A stretch of DNA of 64,000 nt from an uncultured Candidatus Saccharibacteria bacterium (GTDB lineage Bacteria > Patescibacteriota > Minisyncoccia > Phycocordibacterales > UBA9973), in the NCBI GenBank assembly GCA_964645245.1, contig CAZYBS010000002.1, forward strand, positions 18,161 to 82,160. Reading direction: 5' to 3'. A program made the translations under genes and the position numbers. A model generated the notes under the pieces. That model was given only the letters and a program-made list of their open reading frames with translations, did no database searches and was not told the origin of the DNA. Each line of letters starts with the position of its first letter. Position 1 is the first letter of the stretch. Positions 29,815 through 38,945 of the stretch are shown one piece after another.

Positions 29815-30504
29815 ATGAAAACATTAGGAATTATAGGTGGGCTTGGCCCTGTAACAACCTCTGAATTTTATTTGGAGTTAATTTTCTCATGTAAGAAAAT
29901 AAATAGAAAAAGTTATCCTCACATATTAATTAATAGTATTCCTCTGACTTTTGATATTGAAAGAGATGCAATTGCAGAAGGTGTAGGAGAAGAGAGATGT
30001 TTGCCTTATCTTCTTGATGCGGCGAAAAGCTTAGAAAGAGCCGGTGCTGACTTTTTAGTATTGCCATGCAATTCTTTACATGTATTTATTGGGGACATTC
30101 GAAGAACAGTTAAAATTCCTGTCATAAGTATTTTAGAAGAAACCTCTAAATTTCTTAAAAGGCAGAGGATAGATAAAGTTGGAATTATTGCAACTCCAAT
30201 AACTATTAGGAATAAATTATATGAGAAGTTTCTAAATAGAAGTGGTATTAGACAAATTATTCCCAATAACTTACAACAAGCAAAAATTGGCAAGTTGATC
30301 CATAACTTAGTGTCAGATAGATATAACAACAAAGATAGAGAGATATTGATAAAAATAATTAAAGATTTTGCTGAAGGAAAAATCAAACATATTATATTGG
30401 CTTGTACTGATCTTCAATTATTGATGCCTCAAAATAATGGAATTAAAATCTATGACACTATGAAAATTTTAGCTGATGCAACAATAAAAAATATCACTAG
30501 CTAA
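29815..30504 (+). CDS. Aspartate/glutamate racemase family protein
   Basis: LGIIGGLGP, catalytic Cys motifs PCNSLH and LACTDL. Confidence 0.92.
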   Translation: MKTLGIIGGLGPVTTSEFYLELIFSCKKINRKSYPHILINSIPLTFDIERDAIAEGVGEERCLPYLLDAAKSLERAGADFLVLPCNSLHVFIGDIRRTVKIPVISILEETSKFLKRQRIDKVGIIATPITIRNKLYEKFLNRSGIRQIIPNNLQQAKIGKLIHNLVSDRYNNKDREILIKIIKDFAEGKIKHIILACTDLQLLMPQNNGIKIYDTMKILADATIKNITS

Positions 30505-30546
30505 ACTATACTGTTTTTCTTTTTTATTTTATGATAAAATGATTTC

Positions 30547-31863
30547 ATGAAAAATCGGATATATATTAAAGATTTAAAAGACAATGTCGGAAAAGAAGTA
30601 ACTATTGCCGGATGGGTAGATGTCAGGCGCGACCAGGGGAAAATGGTTTTTTTTGATATGCGGGATATGACGGGCAAGGTGCAGTGCATAGCTTTACCAA
30701 GCCGAACGGAAGTTATAGAAAGAGCGAAAGAAATAAGACCTGAGTGGGTTTTAAAAATTAGTGGTCTTGTGAACAAGCGTCCAGAAAAAAATGTAAAGGC
30801 TGGAGTTTTGAATGGCGATGTGGAACTGGAAGTGACGGGTATAGAAGTACTTAGTGAAGCAAAAGATTTACCATTTGAAAAAGATACAGAAGTTAATTTA
30901 GATACGCATTTGGATTATTTGCCATTGACCTTGCGCAGTGAGCGAGGTAAAGATATTTTCAAAGTGCAAGAGACAATAATTCAGGCATTTCGGGAGGCAC
31001 TGATAAAAGAAAATTTTACAGAATTTCAAGCGCCAGCGATTGTCGGTGGAGATGCCGAGGGAGGAGCAATGGCATTCAAGGTTAATTACTATAATGACAA
31101 AACGGCGTTTCTGGCTACCAGTCCGCAATTTTACAAACAGATTATGGCCGGCGTATACGAACGTGTATTCACTACGCCCAAAATTTTCCGCGGCGAAAAA
31201 CATGCCACGACCAGACATTTGAGCGAGATAACCCAAATGGATTTTGAAATGGCATTTATAAAAGACGAGAAAGATGTCATGGAAGTTTTGGAAAAGGTGA
31301 TAAGGTATGTAGTTGCGAAAGTTGCAGAAAGTCATTCTGAAGTTTTTTCCAGATTTAATACGGAAGTTCCTCTTGTGCCGGAAAAGTTTCCTATTTTGAC
31401 ATTGCGTGAAGCGCAAAAGATTCTGGAAGTGGCGGAGGACCCAGACTTAGAACCAGAGCAAGAACGCAATATCTGCGAGTGGGCAAAAAAAGAACACGGT
31501 TCGGATTTTGTTTTCATTACGCGTTTCCCGACCGCAAAACGAGCATTTTACACTTACGAAGAGCCTGGAGAAGCCCCATATTCTCGAGGTTTTGACCTCT
31601 TATTCCGCGGGTTTGAAATAAATAGCGGGAGCCAGCGCATACATAATTACGACACCATGATTGAAAAAATGAAAGAAAGGGGTCTAGATCCGGAAAAATT
31701 CAGTTTCTATTTGCAAACTTTCAAATACGGCATGCCACCGCACGGAGGGTGTTCTACCGGACTAGAGCGCCTGACTGCCCGGATGCTTGAACTGGCCAAT
31801 ATAAAAGAAGCGGCGCTCTTTCCTCGCGATATAAATCGTATTGACACAAGACTTTCGGAATAA
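30547..31863 (+). CDS. aspS: Aspartate--tRNA(Asp/Asn) ligase, archaeal/non-discriminating type
   Basis: OB-fold N-terminus, LATSPQFYKQ, FRGEKH, EINSGSQRIH, YGMPPHGG. Confidence 0.93.
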   Translation: MKNRIYIKDLKDNVGKEVTIAGWVDVRRDQGKMVFFDMRDMTGKVQCIALPSRTEVIERAKEIRPEWVLKISGLVNKRPEKNVKAGVLNGDVELEVTGIEVLSEAKDLPFEKDTEVNLDTHLDYLPLTLRSERGKDIFKVQETIIQAFREALIKENFTEFQAPAIVGGDAEGGAMAFKVNYYNDKTAFLATSPQFYKQIMAGVYERVFTTPKIFRGEKHATTRHLSEITQMDFEMAFIKDEKDVMEVLEKVIRYVVAKVAESHSEVFSRFNTEVPLVPEKFPILTLREAQKILEVAEDPDLEPEQERNICEWAKKEHGSDFVFITRFPTAKRAFYTYEEPGEAPYSRGFDLLFRGFEINSGSQRIHNYDTMIEKMKERGLDPEKFSFYLQTFKYGMPPHGGCSTGLERLTARMLELANIKEAALFPRDINRIDTRLSE

Positions 31864-31871
31864 AATTTCAG

Positions 31872-32237
31872 ATGAGCTACATAATTTCTGGCAGAGTTAT
31901 CAAAGGAGATGGTTACGGAAAGGAGATTGGTTTTCCGACGATAAATATAGACAGAAAAAATTTTTTAAATTTGAAACAGAGACCAGTTTTTGGAGTATAC
32001 GCTGGTCAGGTGAAGCTATCTGGTAAAATTTACAAAGCAGGAATAATCATTGGACCATTGGATAAACGCAGATTACCCAAAGTGGAAGCTCATTTAGTTG
32101 GCTATAAAGGTAATGCTCATGGCAAAAAAGCAATTTTTGAAATAAAAAAGTTTTTAAGAAAATTTGAAAAATTCAAAACAGATAAAGAGCTTATAGCACA
32201 AATTAAAAAAGATTTAAAAAAACTTGTCCCGTACTAA
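31872..32237 (+). CDS. Monofunctional riboflavin kinase
   Basis: GRVIKGDGYGKEIGFPTIN, GVYAG, VEAHL, LR...KF; no FAD synthetase domain. Confidence 0.9.
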   Translation: MSYIISGRVIKGDGYGKEIGFPTINIDRKNFLNLKQRPVFGVYAGQVKLSGKIYKAGIIIGPLDKRRLPKVEAHLVGYKGNAHGKKAIFEIKKFLRKFEKFKTDKELIAQIKKDLKKLVPY

Positions 32238-32293
32238 ATTTTTGATTACGTGTTATTATGATAAATATTAGTAAATAAAATTTTAGTACTGGG

Positions 32294-32866
32294 ATGTTCA
32301 CAGGCATAATTTCCAAAACCGCAAAAGTAAAAAAAGTAAATGCTAAAAGGGGTAGTTTTTCCATTGAAATTATTAATAATTTAAGAAAAGTAGAATTAGG
32401 AGAAAGTATTGCTGTAAACGGCGTCTGCTCCACTGTCAAGAGGTCAGGTAAAAATATCCATTTTGAATATATGCCGGAAACTTTAAAGCTTTCCAATTTA
32501 GGTTTTCTAAAGAAAGGTGATACAGTGAACGTTGAGCGATCAATGCGTTTAGGCGATAGGCTAGATGGGCATATAGTGCTTGGACATATTGATGAGAAAG
32601 GCGAAATTCTTAATATAACAAAAGAGAGAAATTCACGAGTATTCAACATAAAAGTACCGGACAGAAAGTTCTACAAGTTTTTATTTTATAAGGGGTCAGT
32701 CACAGTAGAAGGTATTAGTTTAACAGTGGCTAAAGTTTTTAAAAATTCTTTTGTTGTGAAGATTATTCCATATACTCTCAAACATACGAATTTAAAACAA
32801 AAGAAGAAAGGTAATTATGTGAATTTAGAGTTTGATATACTTGCCAAATATGCAAATCAAAAGTAA
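32294..32866 (+). CDS. ribE: Riboflavin synthase
   Basis: MFTGII, SIAVNGVCSTV, GHIVLGHID, KGSVTVEGISLTV. Confidence 0.96.
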   Translation: MFTGIISKTAKVKKVNAKRGSFSIEIINNLRKVELGESIAVNGVCSTVKRSGKNIHFEYMPETLKLSNLGFLKKGDTVNVERSMRLGDRLDGHIVLGHIDEKGEILNITKERNSRVFNIKVPDRKFYKFLFYKGSVTVEGISLTVAKVFKNSFVVKIIPYTLKHTNLKQKKKGNYVNLEFDILAKYANQK

Positions 32867-33323
32867 AACATACAAATATTTAAATGGAGAAAAGTTGAAG
32901 GTTGGTATTGTCGTGGCTAGATGGAATAATGAAATTACGGATGAGCTTTTAAAATCTGCATTGCTGATGTTGAAGAAAAACAAACTTAGCGAAGAAAAAA
33001 TAAAAATAGTGTCTGTCGCTGGTTCAGTGGAAATTCCTTTTGCTCTGCACAAGCTTGCACAATCCAAAAAACCTGCCCGACCAGGCGGTCGTTCGGGCGG
33101 GTATGATTTTTTGGTCGCTCTTGGGTGCATTATCAAAGGCAAGACTCCACATTTTGATTACGTTGCCAAAATGGTGCAAGAGGGTGTTTTAAAAGTTATG
33201 ATTGAAGATAATATGCCCGTCGGTTTCGGAGTGCTGACTGTGGATAACACCAAACAAGCAAGAGAGAGAACTCATGTTGGCGGAGAAGCCGCTTTTGCCG
33301 CACTCGAACTTGCTTTAATATAA
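32850..33323 (+). CDS. ribH: 6,7-dimethyl-8-ribityllumazine synthase (10-aa palindrome-derived insert)
   Basis: [35 protein letters not shown]. Confidence 0.96.
   Translation: MQIKSKTYKYLNGEKLKVGIVVARWNNEITDELLKSALLMLKKNKLSEEKIKIVSVAGSVEIPFALHKLAQSKKPARPGGRSGGYDFLVALGCIIKGKTPHFDYVAKMVQEGVLKVMIEDNMPVGFGVLTVDNTKQARERTHVGGEAAFAALELALI
33072..33101. repeat. REP-like palindrome inserted in frame in ribH
   Basis: CCTGCCCGA...TCGGGCGGG, 30 bp, encoding [10 protein letters not shown]. Confidence 0.8.
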
Positions 33324-33325
33324 AT

Positions 33326-34561
33326 ATGAAAAAGAATAAAAAAACTGAATTTAAATTAAATAAAATAGAAGATACTATTTTGGACATAAAATCTGGCAAG
33401 GTTGTAATCGTCGTGGATGACGCAAATCGGGAAAATGAAGGAGATTTTGTCGCAGCCGCAAGGAGTATAACTCCCGAAATAATAAATTTTGTGACGACTT
33501 ATGGGCGGGGGCTCCTATGTGTGTCCATCACGGAAGACAGGTGTAAAGAGCTTGAGCTTCCGATGATGACTTCTAAAAATACCTCTTTTCACTCTACATC
33601 TTTTACCGTTTCCGTGGATTTACTGGGCCATGGCTGCACTACTGGTATTTCCGCTCATGATCGGGCAAAAACAGTGCAGGCCCTAATTGACCCTTCTACC
33701 AAACCTGAAGATCTTGGCCGCCCCGGGCATGTTTTTCCCATTCAGGCGATGAATGGAGGAGTTTTAAGAAGAGCCGGGCATACGGAAGCAGCGGTGGATT
33801 TGGCGCGCTTAGCGGGAGTGGAACCGGCGGGCATTTTGGTTGAAATTATGAATAAAGACGGTACGATGGCTCGTTTGCCTGATTTAATGAAAATAGCGAA
33901 AAAATTTAATTTAAAGATTGTCAGCATAGAAGACCTGATTAGCTACAGATTAAAAAACGAAACTTTAATTAAAAGAGAAGTGCAGGTAAAACTCCCGTCG
34001 GAATGGGGCGATTTTGACTTATACGCTTATAGACGCACAGATACGGACGAAGAGCATTTGGCACTGGTAAAAGGAAAATGGGACAAAGACGAGCCTGTTT
34101 TGGTGCGTGTTCATTCTTCTTGTATTACCGGAGATGTTTTTGGTTCACTTCGCTGTGATTGCGGACCTCAACTTCATAGAGCTATGGAGCTAATAAATAC
34201 TCTGGGTAAGGGCGTGATTGTGTATATGAATCAAGAAGGCAGAGGGATAGGTCTTTTAAATAAGTTAAAAGCCTACAAGCTCCAAGAAAATGGTCTGGAT
34301 ACGGTGGAGGCGAATTTAAAACTCGGCTTTAAAATGGACGAACGGGATTATGGCATCGGAGCGCAGATTTTGCGGGATTTAGGTGTCTCTAAAATGCGGC
34401 TTTTGACCAACAATCCGAAAAAGCGCGCCGGACTTGTGGGCTATGGTCTGGAAATAGTGGAAAATATTCCCATAGAAATAAAATCAAATAGACACAACGA
34501 GCGATACCTCTTGACTAAACGCGATAAAATGGGCCACTTTTTTAATTTGGATGAGCTTTAA
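33326..34561 (+). CDS. ribBA: Bifunctional DHBP synthase / GTP cyclohydrolase II
   Basis: [46 protein letters not shown]. Confidence 0.98.
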   Translation: MKKNKKTEFKLNKIEDTILDIKSGKVVIVVDDANRENEGDFVAAARSITPEIINFVTTYGRGLLCVSITEDRCKELELPMMTSKNTSFHSTSFTVSVDLLGHGCTTGISAHDRAKTVQALIDPSTKPEDLGRPGHVFPIQAMNGGVLRRAGHTEAAVDLARLAGVEPAGILVEIMNKDGTMARLPDLMKIAKKFNLKIVSIEDLISYRLKNETLIKREVQVKLPSEWGDFDLYAYRRTDTDEEHLALVKGKWDKDEPVLVRVHSSCITGDVFGSLRCDCGPQLHRAMELINTLGKGVIVYMNQEGRGIGLLNKLKAYKLQENGLDTVEANLKLGFKMDERDYGIGAQILRDLGVSKMRLLTNNPKKRAGLVGYGLEIVENIPIEIKSNRHNERYLLTKRDKMGHFFNLDEL

Positions 34562-34573
34562 AATTCCAAATTA

Positions 34574-35620
34574 TTATCTATTCACATAAGTCTGCAATTT
34601 ATCAGACCCGATTTTTTCCACTTTGGTCGGGCGTAGATTTATAACGGGCGCCTTGACGCCAGTCTTTATTTTTTTATTGGCCGTAAAGACGCGCATCTCA
34701 TCCCATAGATTATTTTTTATAAGGCTGTTCAGAAGTTGCGCTCCGCCTTCAATCATGACGGATTGGATTTTTCTTTTATAAAGCTCATTTAAAATTTGCG
34801 GAAGTATATTTTGCTTAAAATTAATTTTTACAAATTCCAAATTATGTTCCGAAACAGCGCTCCCGACTGTAAAGATTATAGTCGGCGTGCTTTTATCCAA
34901 TAAATTAAATTGCTTCGGTATTTTCAAATCTCGGTCTATTGCGATGCGCAGCGGATTTTTTCCTTTTACTTCGCGCGTTGTCAGATGCGGATTATCCAGC
35001 AGCGCTGTATTGGTGCCGACCATAATGGCCTGTGTTTGGCTTCTCAATTTATGCGTTAATATTTTATCCTGTTGATTGCTTATTGGTATTGCTTTTTTTG
35101 CGTTGTAAATATCGCGCTTGGCGTCAATAAAATGATCAGCAGTTTGAGCCCATTTTAAAATAACGTAAGGGCGTTTTTTTTCATGATAAGTAAAAAATTC
35201 TTTATTAAGTGTTCCACATTTGTTTTGGAGCACATTTACCCTTACATCAATGCCGGCTTTTTTTAGTTTTTTGATTCCTTGTCCGTTTACTTTTGCCGAA
35301 GCATCAATACAACCGATTACGACATATGGAATTTTGTGTTTAATGATTAAATCTGCGCAAGGCGGTGTTTTTCCAAAATGGGAACATGGCTCTAAATTTA
35401 CATACAGAGTGGCCCTTTTTAATAATTTTTTATCCAAAACCGAATTAATTGCATTAACTTCCGCATGGGCGCCCCCGTATTGCCGGTGATATCCAGCACC
35501 GATTATTTTATCATCAACCACAATCACGCTGCCCACCATTGGGTTGGGAGCCACTTTCCCTAAACCCTTTATCGCCAGCTTTAGGCAGCGCTCCATGTAT
35601 TTTTCATTTTTTGACGGCAT
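34574..35620 (-). CDS. ribD: Riboflavin biosynthesis deaminase/reductase
   Basis: PNPMVG, HAEVNA, NLEPCSHFGKTPPC, IEGGA. Confidence 0.97.
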   Translation of the reverse strand: MPSKNEKYMERCLKLAIKGLGKVAPNPMVGSVIVVDDKIIGAGYHRQYGGAHAEVNAINSVLDKKLLKRATLYVNLEPCSHFGKTPPCADLIIKHKIPYVVIGCIDASAKVNGQGIKKLKKAGIDVRVNVLQNKCGTLNKEFFTYHEKKRPYVILKWAQTADHFIDAKRDIYNAKKAIPISNQQDKILTHKLRSQTQAIMVGTNTALLDNPHLTTREVKGKNPLRIAIDRDLKIPKQFNLLDKSTPTIIFTVGSAVSEHNLEFVKINFKQNILPQILNELYKRKIQSVMIEGGAQLLNSLIKNNLWDEMRVFTANKKIKTGVKAPVINLRPTKVEKIGSDKLQTYVNR

Positions 35621-35692
35621 ATATTTAATGATAAATTATATCATAGCTCTAAAAATCTATGTTTTCAACGATTTTTCAGGTATAATGTGTGA

Positions 35693-36028
35693 ATGTCCAA
35701 AAACGATTTATTAAAGAAAAAATGCGTGCCATGCGAAGGGGGAGTGAAGCCCTTGAGCCTAGAAGAGGCTAAAGACTATTTAGATGAAATTCCGGGCTGG
35801 ACTCTAAATGGGGAAGGCAAAAAAATCTCCAAAACTTTCAAATTTGCCGATTTCATCGGGGCGATAAATTTTGTGGAGCGCGTGGCCGACGTGGCCGAAA
35901 TGGAAAACCATCATCCCGATATTCACATCCATTATAACAAAGTCTTGCTGGAGCTCTGGACTCATGCCATCGGCGGACTTTCCGAAAATGACTTTATTGT
36001 TGCTGCGAAAATTGATGCGCGTAAATAA
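35693..36028 (+). CDS. Pterin-4-alpha-carbinolamine dehydratase
   Basis: CVPCEGG, AEMENHHPDI, WTHAIGGLSENDF. Confidence 0.95.
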   Translation: MSKNDLLKKKCVPCEGGVKPLSLEEAKDYLDEIPGWTLNGEGKKISKTFKFADFIGAINFVERVADVAEMENHHPDIHIHYNKVLLELWTHAIGGLSENDFIVAAKIDARK

Positions 36029-36118
36029 AATTTACATATCTCTAATTCGCGCGAATAGGCGAATAGTTATCTGATTAAAGTATTCTAATATTCTATAGAA
36101 TTGTAGAATGGAAATATT

Positions 36119-36155
36119 AAAGGGACGGATTGTCGTTTGACAAATCCGTCCCTTT
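36119..36155. terminator. Hairpin terminator between convergent units
   Basis: aaagggacggatt...aatccgtcccttt. Confidence 0.7.
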
Positions 36156-36189
36156 GCGTTGGCCAGCGCGATGTCGGCCTTTTATCCGT

Positions 36190-36270
36190 TTACTTCTTCG
36201 GTTTGGGTGGTTCGGGAGCCTTCGGTGGTTGTGGTTTTGTGTCCTCGTCGTCTGGGCTCATGTAATACAT
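36190..36270 (-). CDS. 26-aa peptide MYYMSPDDEDTKPQPPKAPEPPKPKK (not in ORF track)
   Basis: Strong SD GAAAGGAG about 9 nt upstream; lies between the GNAT stop and the terminator. Confidence 0.6.
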   Translation of the reverse strand: MYYMSPDDEDTKPQPPKAPEPPKPKK

Positions 36271-36331
36271 GGCTTTTATCTCCTTTCAATCAGATCCAAT
36301 CCGAAGGTATTGGTAACGGTAGCTTTCCTTT

Positions 36332-36976
36332 TTACTTTTCTTCGGACTCTAGTGGTGGAACGAGTCTATAAGCATCACGATACAGCTTATAGAGTAGCTC
36401 AACCGAGTCGCGCCTATAGTAGATTCCATCCACGTTTGCGCGAATCGCCCCCGGCAGGATCCCGACGGAGCGGAATCCTAGCTTGTGGAACAACTTGAGT
36501 GTCACCGTGTGGAAACGAGCCACAGATACGGTGGCAAGTTCAGCGCCGGATTCCTCAGCGTAGCGATCGAGAATCTTTGTCGCCGTAGTTGCCGATAGAC
36601 GTCCCCTGAAATCCGGGTGGACTACACCTAGCGTAAAATCCACTGAGAGATTCAGAGAATCCGTGCGCAAGAGTGCAGAACCAGCGATATGCCCTTCTGA
36701 CGTTTCAAGCGCGAAAACCTCATGTCCTTCCATCGGAAGGTTGCCGTACCACTCAGGTTCCAGAAGGAACCCGAACGTACCTCGATAGAGTTCCGGGAAT
36801 CCTTTTGCCCATACGTCAGCTAGCGTTTCCGCTGTCTCCCTGCTTACGTTGTTGAGTCGCTTGATTGTAGATCCGCGCCCCAAGGATTGTGGATCGAACG
36901 TGGTCCAATTCCACCGCCCTTCCTCCCATGGTTTTACTGGCGTATTGTACAGTTTAAAGTTTCTTCCCAGTTCCAT
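36332..36976 (-). CDS. GNAT family N-acetyltransferase
   Basis: VVHPDFRGR acyl-CoA-binding motif, LFHKLGF; SD aaaggag before ATG 36976. Confidence 0.85.
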   Translation of the reverse strand: MELGRNFKLYNTPVKPWEEGRWNWTTFDPQSLGRGSTIKRLNNVSRETAETLADVWAKGFPELYRGTFGFLLEPEWYGNLPMEGHEVFALETSEGHIAGSALLRTDSLNLSVDFTLGVVHPDFRGRLSATTATKILDRYAEESGAELATVSVARFHTVTLKLFHKLGFRSVGILPGAIRANVDGIYYRRDSVELLYKLYRDAYRLVPPLESEEK

Positions 36977-37030
36977 AGCTTCTCCTTTCAAAGAACAGAT
37001 TTGTCGTCTCGGAACATCCGAGCATACATG

Positions 37031-37128
37031 AAAGAACAAAAACACCAGCCGAGAGGGCTGGTGTTTGAGTTGTAAGTTGAGTTTTAGTTTTTTTACAGCG
37101 CAAATATCAGCCTTCTAATGGAAAGCTG
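37031..37128 (-). terminator. Transcription attenuator upstream of the GNAT gene
   Basis: 3:4 aaacaccagcc-ctctc-ggctggtgttt plus ttgttcttt; 1:2 cagcttt/aaggctg; 2:3 ggctg/cagcc. Confidence 0.7.
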
Positions 37129-37182
37129 GTAATAAGCATTTAATATTGAAGTATTTCTTTGTTGTTGAATATTACTATTCAT
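37093..37182 (-). CDS. Leader peptide with tandem Tyr codons (29 aa)
   Basis: MNSNIQQQRNTSILNAYYQLSIRRLIFAL; ATG 7 nt after a TTGCGC-N17-TAGTAT promoter; TAT TAC abuts hairpin segment 1. Confidence 0.65.
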   Translation of the reverse strand: MNSNIQQQRNTSILNAYYQLSIRRLIFAL

Positions 37183-37255
37183 ATTTCGCATACTAGCATG
37201 TTTTGATAAAAAGCGCAAGCGAATTTGTAGAAGTCATAATTCCGCTTATACTATC

Positions 37256-37293
37256 TACTTCACTCAATTAAAGTACTTTAGTTAAGTAAAGTA
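37256..37293. promoter_or_regulatory. Tandem YerC/HisR-type operator (second copy)
   Basis: TACTTCA-N6-TAAAGTA overlapping TACTTTA-N6-TAAAGTA; matches 40668..40705. Confidence 0.75.
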
Positions 37294-37310
37294 ATGGATA
37301 TAAATAATAT

Positions 37311-37493
37311 TTATCTATAGCCCATTAATAAAAGTATAATTAATACACAAACTAATATTATTAATAAGGTCCACAAAAAAGCATTCCAAGGGTCTTCTTC
37401 ATTTAAATATTTTGACCATTTCTTACTTCCATCGATTAATATCAGTATTGGTAGCTGAATACATAAAAAGAAAATTGGTTCAAAAACTCCCAT
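37311..37493 (-). CDS. Small membrane protein (copy B)
   Basis: Paralogue of 29614..29799. Confidence 0.8.
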   Translation of the reverse strand: MGVFEPIFFLCIQLPILILIDGSKKWSKYLNEEDPWNAFLWTLLIILVCVLIILLLMGYR

Positions 37494-37494
37494 G

Positions 37495-37686
37495 TTAGTT
37501 GCACCTTACTGGTGATCTTAGCTTTTCTTTGGCGACCCAAAATTTTTCAATATAAAAACAGTTCACGCATCTTGTTCTTTGCGCTTCGACTTTGCCATAG
37601 ACTCCGTTTACCATCTTGGTTTGGTATTTTTTCATTTTGTGGCTGGTCAATAGGCAGCATTTAATTCTTAAAATTATTTTATTCAT
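37495..37686 (-). CDS. Small putative zinc-binding protein (copy B)
   Basis: Paralogue of 29418..29612 (shared KYQ.K.VNGVYGKVEAQ.TRC..C). Confidence 0.8.
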   Translation of the reverse strand: MNKIILRIKCCLLTSHKMKKYQTKMVNGVYGKVEAQRTRCVNCFYIEKFWVAKEKLRSPVRCN

Positions 37687-37761
37687 GGCTTTGTAAGTAA
37701 TAAAAATTTTTGGAGGAAGGGAAGGGTGATGTGCCCAACCCTTCCGCCAATGTATCTATCT

Positions 37762-38817
37762 CTATCTACTGGCTGTGATTACCGTCAGGATGCTTTCGCG
37801 CTTACCGCACCGCTGGAGGTTCCTTGCCAGTTCTGTTGCAGCTAGAAAGTTGGCACCCGCAGAGCTTGCTCCGTCGATACCAAAGGTCTTCAGTAGCCGA
37901 ACACCTTCTCTCGCTTCTTTGTCCGTAACGATACGAACTTGTTCTACGCTTGGCAGATGGTCAAGAACAAGCCTCGTCGGATCCCCGACGCCCAAACCTT
38001 CAATACCGATAACCTTTGATACTACTCGCGGGAAGTCGATATTGATGTCGAACCAGTTCTCCGGACTTCTTTGTGGATGGCAGCTGAGCGAAACTATCAT
38101 CCCCGCAGTTTCGTATGCCCGGAGGGCTTTTTCGACAGCTCTCTTTTTGACCTCGTACTTGTCTCTGGCACGCAAGTAGGCATGCCAGAGAGTTAAGGTT
38201 GAACCCACCCCTTCAACGGCTATGATTCGGGTATGAGGATTCACTTCGCGCAACGCCAATCCAATTCCGAAGAGGGTACCACCCGTGCCGACCCCAGCCA
38301 CGAGGTGGCTAGGTGCCCCGAGTCGTTCCACGATAGCCCTCCCGAATGTTCGTTTCTGGATATCGAGGATGACCGGCTGCTCGTGCTGTTCGAGCAACAT
38401 GTATCCTCTCTTCCGGCAGAGCTTTTTTGCCGTGGTGAGGCGACCGGTTCGGCCTTCGCGACGCGGGGTTTCCATAACCACTTCAATACCCATCGTCTTG
38501 AGTTTCTCGACGACGGGCCGACTGGTTTCGACGTATACAACCGCGGTGACCCCGACTCTGACCCCGAGTTCGTCTACGGCAAGTTTTACACCTTGTACGG
38601 TGTTTCCTCCGCCGACAACGACTACGGATCGAGTTGTATCCTTGATCTTCCCGGTGTCAAGGTAGTGCGCTAGCAGGCACTTGCCGATGGAGGTTTTGAC
38701 TCCAGCCGGCAATGTGTCGGCCCGAAAGAGAACAATTTTTTGTCCATGCCTTTTGGTGGTGCACAAAGGGACAGACAAAGCCCTTTCGTACTCTCTCTGT
38801 ACTGTCTCTTTGTACAC
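37762..38817 (-). CDS. Divergent fold-type II PLP enzyme (cysteine synthase/cystathionine beta-synthase-like)
   Basis: AGVKT candidate PLP lysine, GGNT, VAGVGTGGTL, IEGLG, SAGAN; GTG start with AAAGGAGG SD; GC-rich. Confidence 0.8.
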   Translation of the reverse strand: MYKETVQREYERALSVPLCTTKRHGQKIVLFRADTLPAGVKTSIGKCLLAHYLDTGKIKDTTRSVVVVGGGNTVQGVKLAVDELGVRVGVTAVVYVETSRPVVEKLKTMGIEVVMETPRREGRTGRLTTAKKLCRKRGYMLLEQHEQPVILDIQKRTFGRAIVERLGAPSHLVAGVGTGGTLFGIGLALREVNPHTRIIAVEGVGSTLTLWHAYLRARDKYEVKKRAVEKALRAYETAGMIVSLSCHPQRSPENWFDINIDFPRVVSKVIGIEGLGVGDPTRLVLDHLPSVEQVRIVTDKEAREGVRLLKTFGIDGASSAGANFLAATELARNLQRCGKRESILTVITASR

Positions 38818-38888
38818 CTTTGCCTCCTTTCAAAAGATGCTCCGTGGCGGCAATTTTACCCGCCACGGAGCAAGCCGACTCGACGAGA

Positions 38889-38945
38889 CTACCGGACGTG
38901 CATGTGCACGTGCCGGCGCGCCTTGCGGCTTACACGGATGCGCAT
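38889..38945 (-). CDS. Candidate Arg/His-rich leader peptide MRIRVSRKARRHVHMHVR
   Basis: SD-like gaaagga; followed by a 13-bp GC hairpin (38838-38872) and tctttt. Confidence 0.4.
   Translation of the reverse strand: MRIRVSRKARRHVHMHVR

Noticed and set aside
32238-32293. FMN riboswitch before ribE
   Set aside because: The spacer is only about 55 bp, AT-rich, and has no RFN motifs.
36130-36498. Plus-strand ORFs over the GNAT/peptide region and other short antisense ORFs in the track
   Set aside because: They are shadow frames of well-supported genes on the opposite strand.
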